Source: Microthyrium microscopicum
Lineage: Eukaryota
Length of the DNA stretch: 64,000 bases
Direction of reading: 5' to 3'
NCBI GenBank assembly: GCA_010405405.1
Contig: MU004230.1
Span: forward strand, 2,824,627-2,888,626
Shown here one piece after another: positions 12,924 to 24,949 of this stretch (its first letter is position 1; each line of letters begins with the position of its first letter). A program made the position numbers and the translations under genes. The notes beneath the pieces are model-generated. The model was not told where the DNA came from and searched no databases. It was given only the letters and a program-made list of their open reading frames with translations.

Positions 12924-14449
12924 ATGGAGGACCCATCGAAGGTAGCTCGATATGCGCACCCTGGGCCTAATGAGCCAAAACCCAAGGCAAGCAAGAGCAA
13001 GTCCTCATATAAGACGAGAGTGAAAGACTACTTTGTTCGTATACCCTAGCATCTATCAGCAGAATATGAAGCTAACGAGTGATAGTTTGGTCCCCGAGAT
13101 CCTACAAGACATTCAAAGATTCCCATGTTCTTTCGCCTTCATGGCAGCATTCTTCCGCATCTGATAGTACCCATGTTTATGATTGGGATATGGTCGACAG
13201 CTATTAGCTATATCTTCCTAAAAACATGGATCGACGATAATGGGAAGAAAACGAATCGTGCCGCCAACCGTAAGACTTGAACTTCTTGACTTTGAGGAAT
13301 ATGGCTAACTTGAGGTGTGGTATAGACAGTCTTGATTCACTCATGTTGACGGTGATGGGTTTCTTGGTCGGTATTGGTCTTTCTTTCCGAAACAGCACGG
13401 CATACGAACGATTCAATGAAGGCCGAAAATACTGGTCGGCGCTGACCTCATACACGACGAACTTGGCGAGATTGATATGGATCCATGCCAAAGAGAGAGA
13501 TGAGTTTCAGAAGGAAGATCTTCTCAAGAAAATGTGAGTTTGCACTGGAACAACAGGTCTTGATGGAAAGCTAATTGGAGTAGAACGGCTTTGAACTTGC
13601 TTATTGGCTTTAGCAAAGCACTGAAGCATCGTCTTAGATTTGAGCCATACATCGATTATGAGGACCTCAAGCCCTATGTAGGCTTCTTGGATACCTATGC
13701 CCGAGACGCCAATGTTGGAGTCAGTGTCATCAAGCCAAAAGATCCAAACAAGTTCAAAGCATTCCTCGAGATTTTAGGTCTCAGCTTCGCCAAAGACAAT
13801 CCTCGAGCCATGTTAAAGAGCGCAAAAAGGCCACTAGGAAATCTGCCAATGGAGATCTTAGTCTACCTAGGCGGTTACTTCGACGACTGTTTCGAGAACA
13901 AGACTCTAACCGTCGCCGTATACCAACAACAATCCAGTAAGTCCCTAACCCACCCAACCCACTCCTTACACTAACCTTCTTCCAGTAATCGGTCTCCAAA
14001 ATCTCAAAGACGTCCTAACAGGCTGCGACCGCATCCTCAACACCCCAATCCCCATCGCCTACTCCATAACCATCACCCAACTTTCCTGGGCCTACCTCCT
14101 AATCCTGCCCTTCCAAGTCATCAAGAAACTGCACTGGAACACCATCCCGGCCACCCTCCTCGCCGCCTACATCATTCTTGGTCTCGGGTACATTGGGCGC
14201 GAAATCGAGAATCCGTTCGGTCATAATGTAAATGATCTACAACTTGATCAATTTTGCGATCAGATTGAACATGATGTTGATGTTATTATGAGCAAGCCTG
14301 CTCCGAAAGCGCCAAATTTCATGAAGAAGGCGGATAGTATGCCGTTGTATCCGGCATTTGGAGGGGATTATGATGATTGGGCGGCGAAGAGTAAGGAAGA
14401 GATTTTGTGGGCGCTGAGGGAGAAGATGGAGATGAGAGCGTTTCAGTAG
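12924..14449 (+). CDS. UPF0187/YneE bestrophin-family anion channel
   Basis: Five exons (introns at about 13039-13085, 13270-13325, 13534-13582, 13937-13985). Motifs HSKIPMFFRLHGSILP, LSFRNSTAYERFNEGRKYW, ALKHRLRFEP, GCDRILNTPIPIAY and EIENPFGHNVNDL. Stop TAG ends at 14449. Confidence 0.88.
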
Positions 14450-14730
14450 AGCGAACAGGCTGAGAGGTCAAATGTGGATGGTTAGATAGGGAAGAAGGGA
14501 ATTGAGGAGCATATGCATTAGCCTAAGCGTTCACATGAAGGATCTTGGATAAACCATGATCTGATGAGGGAGACGGTCGTTGACGATTAACGTAAACTTT
14601 TGGCAAAGTACGATACGGCATAAAGTGGTATAAAAGGGGCAATCGAGATTTTCATTTTCTTTCATCGCATTTCTCATTGTTTTTCGTTGAAATCTCTTGG
14701 AATCGACTCGTGATAGGATATCATTCATCA

Positions 14731-15810
14731 CTATGCCGAGAGTGCATCGTTCTTGGTGCCATCTCTCACAATCTCTTGGACCCAGTGCGGGAACCCACGA
14801 ACCAGGGATCCGGTACGAAGGGACTTCGGGAAGTACAGTTGAGCGCTGGTTCCATGGAGTATTTGTTTCACGATAGCTTTGGAGACAGTTTCTGGCCGGA
14901 TCACCAAAGACTTGCTCGTCCTCAAGCTTGATTTGAACGTGTCGATGAGCGCTGTCTTCACATATATTGGATGGATGACAGTAGTTTTGATCTCTGGCGC
15001 GTTGTACCGGTGTTTGAGCTCACTGATCAGTCCTTCGTGAAGAGATAATACAGCTGACTTCGTAGCAGCATAATCGACGAGTCCAGCAGGACCAACGTAG
15101 CTTGCCATGCTGGCCATGGTGACGATATGTCCCTTCTTGGCTTTAATCATGTCAGGAAGGAAGGCCTGGATGGTGTAGAAGTACGAGATGACATTGACGT
15201 CGAATAGCTTATGAAGGTATTCTGGAGTGGCTTCCAAGATTGTATGGGCATGAGCTATGCCAGCGTTATTTATCAGGATTGTAGGTGGGCCAAAGAAGCT
15301 TTTGACGGCCTCCGCTACTTCGAAAACATTGTCTCGTGAGGTAACATCACATTTGAAGTACTGGATGTTTTCCACTAGTGACAGTCAGACTGAAGATCCA
15401 TGGAGAGTCAGTGATGCTTGATGTCTACCTTCTTCAGATGGCTCGATGATGTCCAAAATGCACACCTTGATACCCTTTGCAGCCAACCCTCTAGCGGTCA
15501 AATTTCCCATGCCAGAACTACCACCAGTGACAATAGCGATTTCTTTGTCCCAGCCATTTTCACCAAATTTGGAACGTCCACTGAAAAGCCAGTTGTTCTG
15601 AGCCCAAGCATTGAGCCATGAGTTGACTTGACCTCCAAGACCTGCTATCAAAGCCCATGTGAGAGCTTTTACTAGCTTAGCTTTTGATACATTTTTGGGC
15701 AAATACTGAACTATCTTTTCCTGGACGGCGGGTGATGCTCTAGTGAGGAGGTACAGTAGTGGAGCGGAGATGGTAACCAACGCGTTGGGTCGAAGAGAGG
15801 TGAGACTCAT
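14731..15810 (-). CDS. Short-chain dehydrogenase/reductase (retinol dehydrogenase/17-beta-HSD11-like)
   Basis: TGGSSGMG Rossmann motif, CDVT, LINNAG, catalytic YAATK and an N-terminal hydrophobic anchor. Intron 15428-15375. Confidence 0.92.
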
Positions 15811-16087
15811 TTTGAGGACGTTGGATGTCACGATGTGTTTTCCAACCGCGAGACACAAGAGACTTGCTCCATGAGAGCGCCGTCAGTAGCTCATATACGA
15901 GCGGAGTCGAGAGGCAAGAGCAAGGTCACGTAACCTTCCACATTGGTAGGACAGTAGCTTGGTGGCCCGAGCTTCTTTAACATGTGCTTCAATCTGAAGA
16001 TTCAATTGCAACTCTGATCATGCCATGCCATTAGACCACGATCATACGCGTGTCAGATCTGGTTGCTATTGACCCAGCTAAAAGTTG

Positions 16088-17728
16088 ATGAATACTCTTG
16101 CCCCTTTCCTTTACCCATTTTCCCAAGCTGAGCTTCGTGCTGCATCACGATACGCACGGAAATTTGCCTCCTGCTCAAAACCTGGCCATGCTCGTATATC
16201 AGCCATTGGAATCCGCAATTCTGCGTCCCTCTCGGTAGCATCAGACCCTAGCCGCCTCAATCCCGCGCCAGATGACTATAATATCACTCCCTTTGTCGAC
16301 AAGTGCGTCTTCACAGTCCAAGCTGGATCTGGCGGTCATGGATGCGTCTCTTTTCTGAGAGAAAAATATATTCCGGATGGACCACCAAATGGAGGTGATG
16401 GAGGTACAGGCGGGCACATTTTCATACAAGCAGTACGATCTTGTACCTCGCTGAACAAGCTGGTCAAGAAACGAGAGTACGCGGCAGGCAGAGGTCAACA
16501 TGGGCAAGGAGGCGCCAAAGGAGGCAAAAAGGGCGAGGACATACTACTGGAAGTTCCTGTCGGGACGGTGATTCGAGAAATAAAGAGATGGGATCCAGTG
16601 CAAATTCAAATGGATGTCGAAAAGCAAAACAAGATATCCAAAGGCACCCAGGAAGACCTGGTGGAGAAGCTGATTGACCGATTCCTTTTCTATCCAGGTC
16701 TGAAGGCTTCCCAAAGACCTGGTTTAGATTCACTGCCGCGACTTCCTCTTGCTCGACGATCATCTATGGCTGCTCTTGCCCCTCAATCGCCTATACGCTT
16801 GGATCTGGATGAACATATGGACAAACCAATGCTGCTGGCAGCAGGAGCAATAGGAGGTTATGGGAATCCACATTTTGCTGGACGAGATACACCGAAGCCT
16901 AAAGTGGCCACCAAAGGCGATACTGGAATGCGTATTGGTATGGCTCTGGAGCTCAAGCTTGTTGCGGACGTCGGACTAGTTGGGCTTCCAAATGCAGGGA
17001 AAAGCACATTATTGCGAGCAATGAGTAATTCGCGAGCTCGGGTTGGCAATTGGGCTTTCACGACATTGCAGCCTAACATTGGAACTGTTGTCCTCGACAA
17101 CTACAAAGGCAGACCATGGTATAGTGGTCGTCTTTCCATAAAAGATTTATCTGGCAATGGAGAACCGCGAACACGATTTACCATTGCTGATATTCCGGGT
17201 ATCATTGAAGATGCTCATCTCAACAAGGGTTTAGGCCTTGATTTCCTTCGACATATCGAAAGAGCACAGACACTGGCTTTTGTCATTGATCTCTCCGCTG
17301 GCGATGCCGTGGAACAGCTGAATGGCCTTTGGCGAGAAGTTGGAGAATATCAGACAATGAAAGAGCGAGAGAGCATGGAATATTCCCAACGGATCATACA
17401 ATGGAACCCGTTGGAGGAAGCCGATACCGATCCTTTTCTTGATGGGATATCATACAAAGAGGCTGAACAGCTACCACCCTTGCTTCTGCCACCAATCACT
17501 CGTAAGCCTTGGTTTGTGGTAGCGACCAAAGCAGACCTACCAGAGACGCAGGACAACTTCCTCAAGCTTCGTGACTATGTTACTAGGCTGGAGAAAGGAG
17601 AATTTGATCACCCTAGCGGCAGGCCAAAAGCTCGAAGAGAAGGAGCTTGCGTTGTGCCAATTTCAGGCATCAAAGGCGAAGGTGTTGATCGCATTGTAGA
17701 AGTAGTTGTAAACATGTTGGACCAGTAG
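16088..17728 (+). CDS. MTG2: Mitochondrial Obg-family GTPase (mitoribosome assembly)
   Basis: Presequence-like N-terminus, Gly-rich Obg fold (FVDKC..AGSGGHGC, GPPNGGDGGTGG), G1 GLPNAGKST, G2 WAFTTLQP, G3 DIPG, GLGLDFLRHIER and G4 TKAD. Confidence 0.92.
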   Translation: MNTLAPFLYPFSQAELRAASRYARKFASCSKPGHARISAIGIRNSASLSVASDPSRLNPAPDDYNITPFVDKCVFTVQAGSGGHGCVSFLREKYIPDGPPNGGDGGTGGHIFIQAVRSCTSLNKLVKKREYAAGRGQHGQGGAKGGKKGEDILLEVPVGTVIREIKRWDPVQIQMDVEKQNKISKGTQEDLVEKLIDRFLFYPGLKASQRPGLDSLPRLPLARRSSMAALAPQSPIRLDLDEHMDKPMLLAAGAIGGYGNPHFAGRDTPKPKVATKGDTGMRIGMALELKLVADVGLVGLPNAGKSTLLRAMSNSRARVGNWAFTTLQPNIGTVVLDNYKGRPWYSGRLSIKDLSGNGEPRTRFTIADIPGIIEDAHLNKGLGLDFLRHIERAQTLAFVIDLSAGDAVEQLNGLWREVGEYQTMKERESMEYSQRIIQWNPLEEADTDPFLDGISYKEAEQLPPLLLPPITRKPWFVVATKADLPETQDNFLKLRDYVTRLEKGEFDHPSGRPKARREGACVVPISGIKGEGVDRIVEVVVNMLDQ

Positions 17729-17936
17729 ATACCCACCAATGTATCATACTATATATTCTAATAATCAATAAACCAATCAATGTCCTTCCCGGTTTTCCCT
17801 AAATGTTCCCTTCAACTTACCTCCCATCATGCATTGCCTCTGTCACCTCCCCAAGCACAGACCACTCCAATTCTGATATCAACCAAACCACCATCACCAC
17901 CATCCCCTCAACCATTTCTCTCAAACCACAACAAAA

Positions 17937-18563
17937 ATGTCCGATCCAAAACGAACATCCCGCTCCGCCCCCTCAAAACGCACCTCCCTCCTCCCCTCCG
18001 CCCCAAAACCACCTTGCAAAATCGACCCCGCAGCCACAATCGCCTCCTCCACCGTCCTCGCCGGCATCCACCCCATAACCATCGCCGCCCACGCCGTCCT
18101 ACACCCACACGCACGCATCGTCTCCGCCGAAGGACCCGTCACCATCGGAGAAGGATGTATAGTTTTTGAAAAAGCTACCATTGGCCCTCTTGCCCCCTCT
18201 ACATCTACCGAATCTGCCACAATTACCGCACCGCCTAGTACGATTCTTGGGAAAAATGTTACGATATCTACGGGCGTCACGATTGAGGGTTGTGCAATAG
18301 GCGATGGCTGCGTGATAGAGCCGTACGCACGTATTGGGCAGGGCGCGAAGGTGGGTCGGTATTGTAAGGTGGTTGCGTATGGCGAGGTGCCAAAAGGCGC
18401 GAAGGTGGATGATTATACGGTGGTGTATGGGAAGGGGAAACGGCGGGTTGATCGGACGATGAAGGAGTGGGGAGAGATGAGGGAGTTGAAGGAGGCGGTG
18501 CATGAGAGGCAGGTTCGGGGGTATCAGGGTTTGATTCCTAGTAATATTGCGAAGTGGTCTTGA
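17937..18563 (+). CDS. Dynactin subunit p27 (DCTN6)-like left-handed beta-helix protein
   Basis: Hexapeptide repeats (ITIAAHAVLHPHARIVSAEGPVTIGEGCIVFEKATIG; IGDGCVIEPYARIGQGAKVGRYCKV), DDYTVVYG, and a C-terminal helix ending HERQV..LIPSN..KW. Confidence 0.75.
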   Translation: MSDPKRTSRSAPSKRTSLLPSAPKPPCKIDPAATIASSTVLAGIHPITIAAHAVLHPHARIVSAEGPVTIGEGCIVFEKATIGPLAPSTSTESATITAPPSTILGKNVTISTGVTIEGCAIGDGCVIEPYARIGQGAKVGRYCKVVAYGEVPKGAKVDDYTVVYGKGKRRVDRTMKEWGEMRELKEAVHERQVRGYQGLIPSNIAKWS

Positions 18564-19008
18564 GGAGGGAGTGGTTTGGAAGGGGGATCGGAAGTTGTGA
18601 GGCTATAGCTCCTGGAGAGTTCTTATAGAACTTGGCAGTGCCGTTAGAACGTCGGGTTGCAGGTTCTGGAGGCCCTGTAGTTCGTACTCCTGGATATCGG
18701 CGCTGGTGTGGCGTGAAAACCAGTATTGCATAGCTTGGAGTTGGGTTTACTGCTGATCGAAGCGAACCGGCTGAAGTGCTCAGCTGGATGCTCCATATTT
18801 GCGAAATGCAGTCGTTTATAGTTCAGCTTGTCAGACGAGGTTCGACAATCACAATATCACTTTGCAGGGCTGACATTGATGTGAGGTCACGCTATACCTA
18901 GGTATATGGCAGGCTCAATTATCTCTAGAATCAACAAACGAAGATTGTGGGTAATGTTTCTACCGCTACATACAAGTACACACGCCAAACATGGCACACA
19001 AGACCTTT

Positions 19009-20111
19009 TTAAGCATCTGCGGAGGCAGTAGCACCAGTGATAATCTCGACTAGTTCGTTTGTAATCACAGCTTGTCTGGTTCGGTTGAAAAGAATAGTGA
19101 ACTTTCCAATCATGTCACCAGCGTTTGAGGAGGCGTTCTATATCACATTAGTACATATTAACTGAGAGTATATTCTCATATAACTTACATCCATAGCGTT
19201 ACGTCGGGAAGCTTGTTCACAAGCATGACCTTCGGCAAGAGCCCAGTACAGAGAGTTGGCTAAGGCGTACTCCCGGAGATTGGAAAGAACTTCACCTTCG
19301 ATTTCGAAAGCGGAGTAGTTGGCTAAGAAATCATTAGTATCAGTGTTGTTGTTTGGACGGAGAGACACATACGTGATTCCGTGATGGCTTCTTCCGAGTA
19401 AGCTTCAATGATGACCGGTTCGAAGCTTGAGGCATTGTTGAACTTGTTGTACATAATCTTGATGGACTGGTAGTTCTCTGGGAGGCGGACAAGTTGATCC
19501 GCAATAGCCTGAGCCTCGCTAAAGGTTGGAATATCACGCCCAATACCAGCGAAACTGAGGACCATGTTCTTGGGGTTTGAACGAGACAGTTGAGCCTTGC
19601 ACTTTTCTCCAATAACAGCAATATCGTAGTTTGGGTCCTCAATGAGCATCTTGCGAGTAGCACGAGACATTCCGGAGTGAATACCACCACAAAGTCCCTT
19701 GTCTGAGCTGCAGATGACGATCAATGATTTCTTGTCTCCTTCCACTGGCTTTGTTTCGGCTTGTTCGAAGACGGTGTTGGAAGTTTGACCATATGCTCGG
19801 GAATCTGTCATGGCTCGTTGAGCGCGATTGAGCTTGGTGGAAGCAACGATTTTCATGGTCTTGGTGATCTTCTCGATGTTGCGAATCGACTTGAGACGCT
19901 GCTCAATTTCACGAAGGGTAGCATAGTTGGCGGCATTCGGGATGTTAGAGGTCGCTGGTCTGTGAAAAAGAGTAACACGTTAGTAAAACCTTTTGATATA
20001 GAGGATGGTAGTTCATGTAGTAGTCGCGAGAAGCTTTGTCCAGAGGGAATCATACCGAGCGACGACTTGAGCTCCTGCCCTGAGAGCGGGACGAGCAGCC
20101 CTTGAGAGCAT
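19009..20111 (-). CDS. ATP3: Mitochondrial F1 ATP synthase gamma subunit
   Basis: Presequence [13 protein letters not shown], then [49 protein letters not shown] and [20 protein letters not shown]. Three introns (about 20054-19960, 19373-19324, 19188-19138). Confidence 0.97.
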
Positions 20112-20995
20112 ATTGAAGCCAATTGAGAAGTACAAGAGGTTCAATTGACTGGAACAGCGGTGGATGGTGCGGTTGAGATGCTGGCGTGAAGCTCGTCTTG
20201 CTCCGGCTTGTTCTCGCAGCAGAAGTTGAAGCTGCCAAGCCTTTCCTCCAGAGAGCTGTCGGCCCGAAGATTAGCCCGCACTAGCTCATTGATTGGTCAA
20301 AATGTCTCATACCACCTGGCATTCCTTGCCAAATTTGGAAGGCTAATTCGCCGATTACGTACGACCGCTTGTCCCATTATATCTAAATGTGTACAATACA
20401 GTCTGATTCAGCTGTTTCTGAATGAACATTCTTAGCACATTTCGGACAAGCGTTCCTGGATTTGAGAACAGCTATTGGCTGATCACCTCAAGGCCACCAG
20501 GTACAGCCAATCACAATGGGCAGTCACAAGCATCTTCAAATGCCACAGGATCCTTGTTGGTCGTGAACAGTGAACCCGTGGTGAAATAACGCTTTGCATC
20601 TCCAGGTCTTTCGCTCCTTCCCCCAAAGTCACTCCTCGCTCTTTCCTTCTCCATTTCTGCCTGGACGCTCCTTCCTCACGCTTGCCCGCTCTATAACTAC
20701 CATCGTCGGCCTTCTCAGATCTTCTCCCTCTCCAATTGTCCTTTCCTCCTATCTCAATATTCCTCCATTCTGCGCTCTCGCCCCGCGAGGTTACCTTCAA
20801 AGCCTCACGCGCCGCGGCTTCAACCTTCATAAAACAACATCTCTTCATCAGCCTACCATCACCAATTTGGTACAAACCGCTTCTTTCGTCACCAGAACGC
20901 GCCTCAACGGCTCAGAGGCCCTCAAATACCTCCATTCGTCCCCTCACGCGACCAATTACCCCTTCCTAGAGCCTTTAAAGCACCGAACTTCAATC

Positions 20996-23849
20996 ATGTC
21001 TTCATCTGAGGATGACATTCCTCTACGGAAGACCAACGGAGGTAAGAATTACTCTCATGTGGCCAGGAATGAGCTTTCCTATTCCAGTGAGAAGTGACTG
21101 GAAGGCCTTTTATCTCGAGTCTTGGACTCGATAAAATCTGTCTCAGCTTCTCCATCTCCTTTCCTCTTCATCTTCACAAACCACAACCTTCAGCATGGCA
21201 AATTCTAACAAACATGCAGTCAAATCAGCCGCAATCGTCTCCAGTCGCGATAAAGCCATGGACGAACACACATCCGGTGGTCTTCAGCCTGGAATTTCTA
21301 TCCAAAACGGGCCTGTAGATTCGCCACAGAATGGGCGCTCCACTAACGGCGAGAGCAACGGTCGGCGCAAATCTCGAACAAGCCTCACACAGAAGAAGAC
21401 TTATAAGGAAATGACAAGTTCTGATGAGGATGATGAACCACTGAGCAAACGTCGGAAGACTGCAGTTGAAGAAGACTCTTCTGATGACGACGTCCCTTTG
21501 GCTAAAAAGGCTCTTAAGAAACTACCCAAGCCTTCAGCATCTCAGATTGGCGAAAAAGATACCAAAGTGCCCATCAAAAAGCGGTTGATTGAGCAGAAAG
21601 CTCAGATTGAAAAGAAGGCTGAAGTGACCGCCAAAAAGATACGGGCTGAAGACTCCAAGGCCACCAAGAAGCGGAAAGTCAAAGACGAGAGCGATAGTGA
21701 TGACGATCGTCCACTGGCCAAATCAGCCAAAACTAAGAAGACCGCGAACGGGACCAAATCGACAGTCAGCAAGACCAAAGTCAAAGCTGAAGCCAGCCCT
21801 GTCAAGAAAGGTAAAGGCAAGGCAGTCTCAACTGATGATGATGCCGACGAAGAAGAAGAGAACCGTTGGTGGGAGAACATGAACAACGACACTTCCGTCA
21901 AGTGGAAAACATTGGAACACAACGGTGTCCTACTGGCTCCGGAATATGTGCCCCTTCCTCGCGATGTCAAGCTGATCTACAAAGAAGAACCAGTTACTCT
22001 GGATGTGCAGGCTGAAGAGGTCGCCGGCTTTTACGGTGCCATGTTGAACTCGACGGTCAACGTTTCCAATGCCACCTTCAACAAGAATTTCTTCTCGGAC
22101 TTCAAGAAAATTGTGAGCAAAACCGGGCATGCCAAGAACTCCAAAGGAGAGGTTGTTAAGATTGAGCATTTCAAGGATTGCGACTTCACCAAGATCTTCG
22201 AATACTACGACGCTGAACGTGAACGAAAGAAGGCTATACCATCTGCTGACAAGAAGGCAATCAAAGCCAAAAAAGATGAAATCGAACAACCTTACATGTT
22301 TTGTAAGTGGAATGGTATCAAGGAAAAGGTGGGCAACTTCCGTGTTGAACCTCCTGGTCTCTTCAGAGGTCGCGGCGAGCACCCAAAGACTGGTCATGTG
22401 AAGACTCGAGTCAAGCCAGAGCAGATCACCATCAACATCGGCAAAGGCGCTAAAGTTCCACCTCCTCCTCCGGGTCACAAATGGAAAGAGGTCAAGCATG
22501 ACGATACTGCTACGTGGCTTGCAATGTGGCAAGAAAACATCAACGGAAACCACAAGTATGTCATGCTCGCAGCCAATTCCGCTATCAAGGGCCAGAGCGA
22601 CTACAAAAAATTCGAAAAAGCTCGAGAGCTGAAGAAGCACATTGATCGGATTCGCAAGGATTACACGAAAGACTTGAAAGTGGAGTCAATGGCTGACCGT
22701 CAACGTGCTACTGCTATCTATCTTATCGACAAACTGGCTCTCCGTGCCGGCAACGAAAAAGGCGATGATGAGGCAGAGACCGTAGGTTGTTGCTCGTTAA
22801 AGTTTGAACATGTCACCCTTCGACTACCAAAGACTCTCGTGTTTGATTTCTTGGGTAAAGACAGCATTCGCTTTCACCAAGAAGTTGAGGTTGACCCACA
22901 GGTCTTTAAGAACATGAAAATCTTCAAGAAGGCACCCAAAACAAAAGGCGACGATATCTTCGACCGTCTGAACACTGCGGGTTTGAACAAACATCTTGCT
23001 ACTTACATGACTGGTCTCACTGCCAAAGTTTTCCGTACTTACAATGCTTCCTGGACCATGGCGACCCTCCTCAAGGAAATGAAGCCCACTGGCACGGTTC
23101 CTGAACGAGTGAAGGAGTACAATGATGCGAATCGCACCGTGGCCATCCTTTGCAACCACAAGCGTACTGTCGGCGCTGCTCACGATACTCAAATGACGAA
23201 AATGCTGGAGAAGATCAAAGGTCTACGATATGAGCAATGGCGCACTCGCATGATGATGCTGAACCTTGAACCCAAGCTCAAGAAGTCACGCGGTGCAGAG
23301 TACTTTGAACGTCCTGAGGATCTGGACGATGAATGGGTTGAGCAGCACCAAGCCGCCGAGGTCGAAGAGAAGCGTCAGAAGATCCAGAAGAAGTTCGAGA
23401 ACGACAACAAGAAGCGTGAAGAGAATGGCGAGAAGCCATTGCCCGAGAAGGAGCTCAAAGAGCGACTTGAAGACGCCGATGAGCTTGCAAAGAAGTACCG
23501 AAAGGAGAACAAGTCCAAAAAGGTCGAGCCTGAAGGCAAGGGTCCTACCGTGGAGAAGCTCGAGGCTACGTACGACAAACTCGAGCAGCGCATTGAGAAC
23601 GCCAAACTGCAGGCTGACGACAAGGAGGAGAACAAGGAGGTCGCCCTCGGTACCTCCAAGATCGTGAGTTCGATCTTCCGTTTCGCAGTGAAATCTTGCT
23701 AATCATCCCTCCAGAATTATATTGATCCTCGTTTGACTGTCGTCTTCGTCAAGAAGTTCAATGTTCCTATTGAGCGCTTCTTCTCCAAGACTTTGCGTGA
23801 GAAGTTCGACTGGGCAATCAAGTCTGTTGATGAGGATTGGGAATTCTAG
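20996..23849 (+). CDS. TOP1: DNA topoisomerase I (type IB)
   Basis: [57 protein letters not shown] and VAILCNH. The catalytic GTSKI/NYIDPR motif spans intron 23664-23714. First intron at about 21042-21219. Confidence 0.98.
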
Positions 23850-24949
23850 ATCAGCTTTGGGATTTAAATTGACAGTTGGTCAACCTCTTTTTTGGGACGG
23901 CCGAGTATTCTCTATCATGGCTCATGGCTTTCCTTCCATGAGTTTCATACTGCATTGATGGTGGCATAGCGATTGATTGCATTTACACACAGATTCCCAA
24001 CAACATTAGTAGACATTATGTCTATCTACTTGTGGGCTTAGATGAAATGTCCCTCACAGGGATAGGTTTAGACATTATTTCCTCATGATTTAGTCTCAAT
24101 AAAAGTTGTGTTTTCATGTTTGTAGGATCCTGAAACCTGTCAGGCGATACATTGTCCGCCTATGTTAAGGTAGCGAAGATGCAATCTATTAGCACTCATA
24201 GATTGCTTTGTCCCCCAAGTTTATCTACATCTTCCTGGCAGCAATGGATATACCTACGAATCTTACACATCTAAATTGCAAATTCTTGTGCTACTGAGTG
24301 ATGAGCAAGGTTCATCGTTCTCTCTACTCTGCCAATTGACCGAAATGGTACCGCTGGCTGGGACGGCGGCGTACCTTGAACCCAAGCGTTTCAATGCATG
24401 CAACGAGCCGAATGACAGGCGCCTCCCACGTCAGTTTTGAAACATCTAGATGCTGTGTTTGGAGATCTCTCGATGGTTCGTTCATGAAATCTGATAGTTT
24501 TATAGCTACTAGTTTAGCTAGCTTACCATATTTTCAATGTTGATTTTGCGGGGAATTCTATCTCTTCCTGGAGGAAAGCAATTCATTTGTAAACGAACAG
24601 CAAAAACCAAATATCCTCAGGGGCAAAATACTAGTAGTAATATGGCGGGCGGCACGACGGAATACGGCCTCTTCCGTTCCTAACGGCCTGTCCTTGAGCA
24701 TACTTCGACAAGGAAGCAATTCCGGGACTCTGCATACACTCATATAAGCGCCAGTTAGTTTGCAGCAATATCTCATCTTTAATTGACAAGGAATAGATAC
24801 TCGCAGGGTTGGCGCATTGAAATATAAGAATGGGAAAAGGGGGAACTGTAGCTTTCGACCCATATCTAGGGATGCACTTTTGGTAGGGTAGTAGGACAGA
24901 TCTACCGTTACATCGATTTTAGCCAATCAACGTCCACCACCCAACAGCC

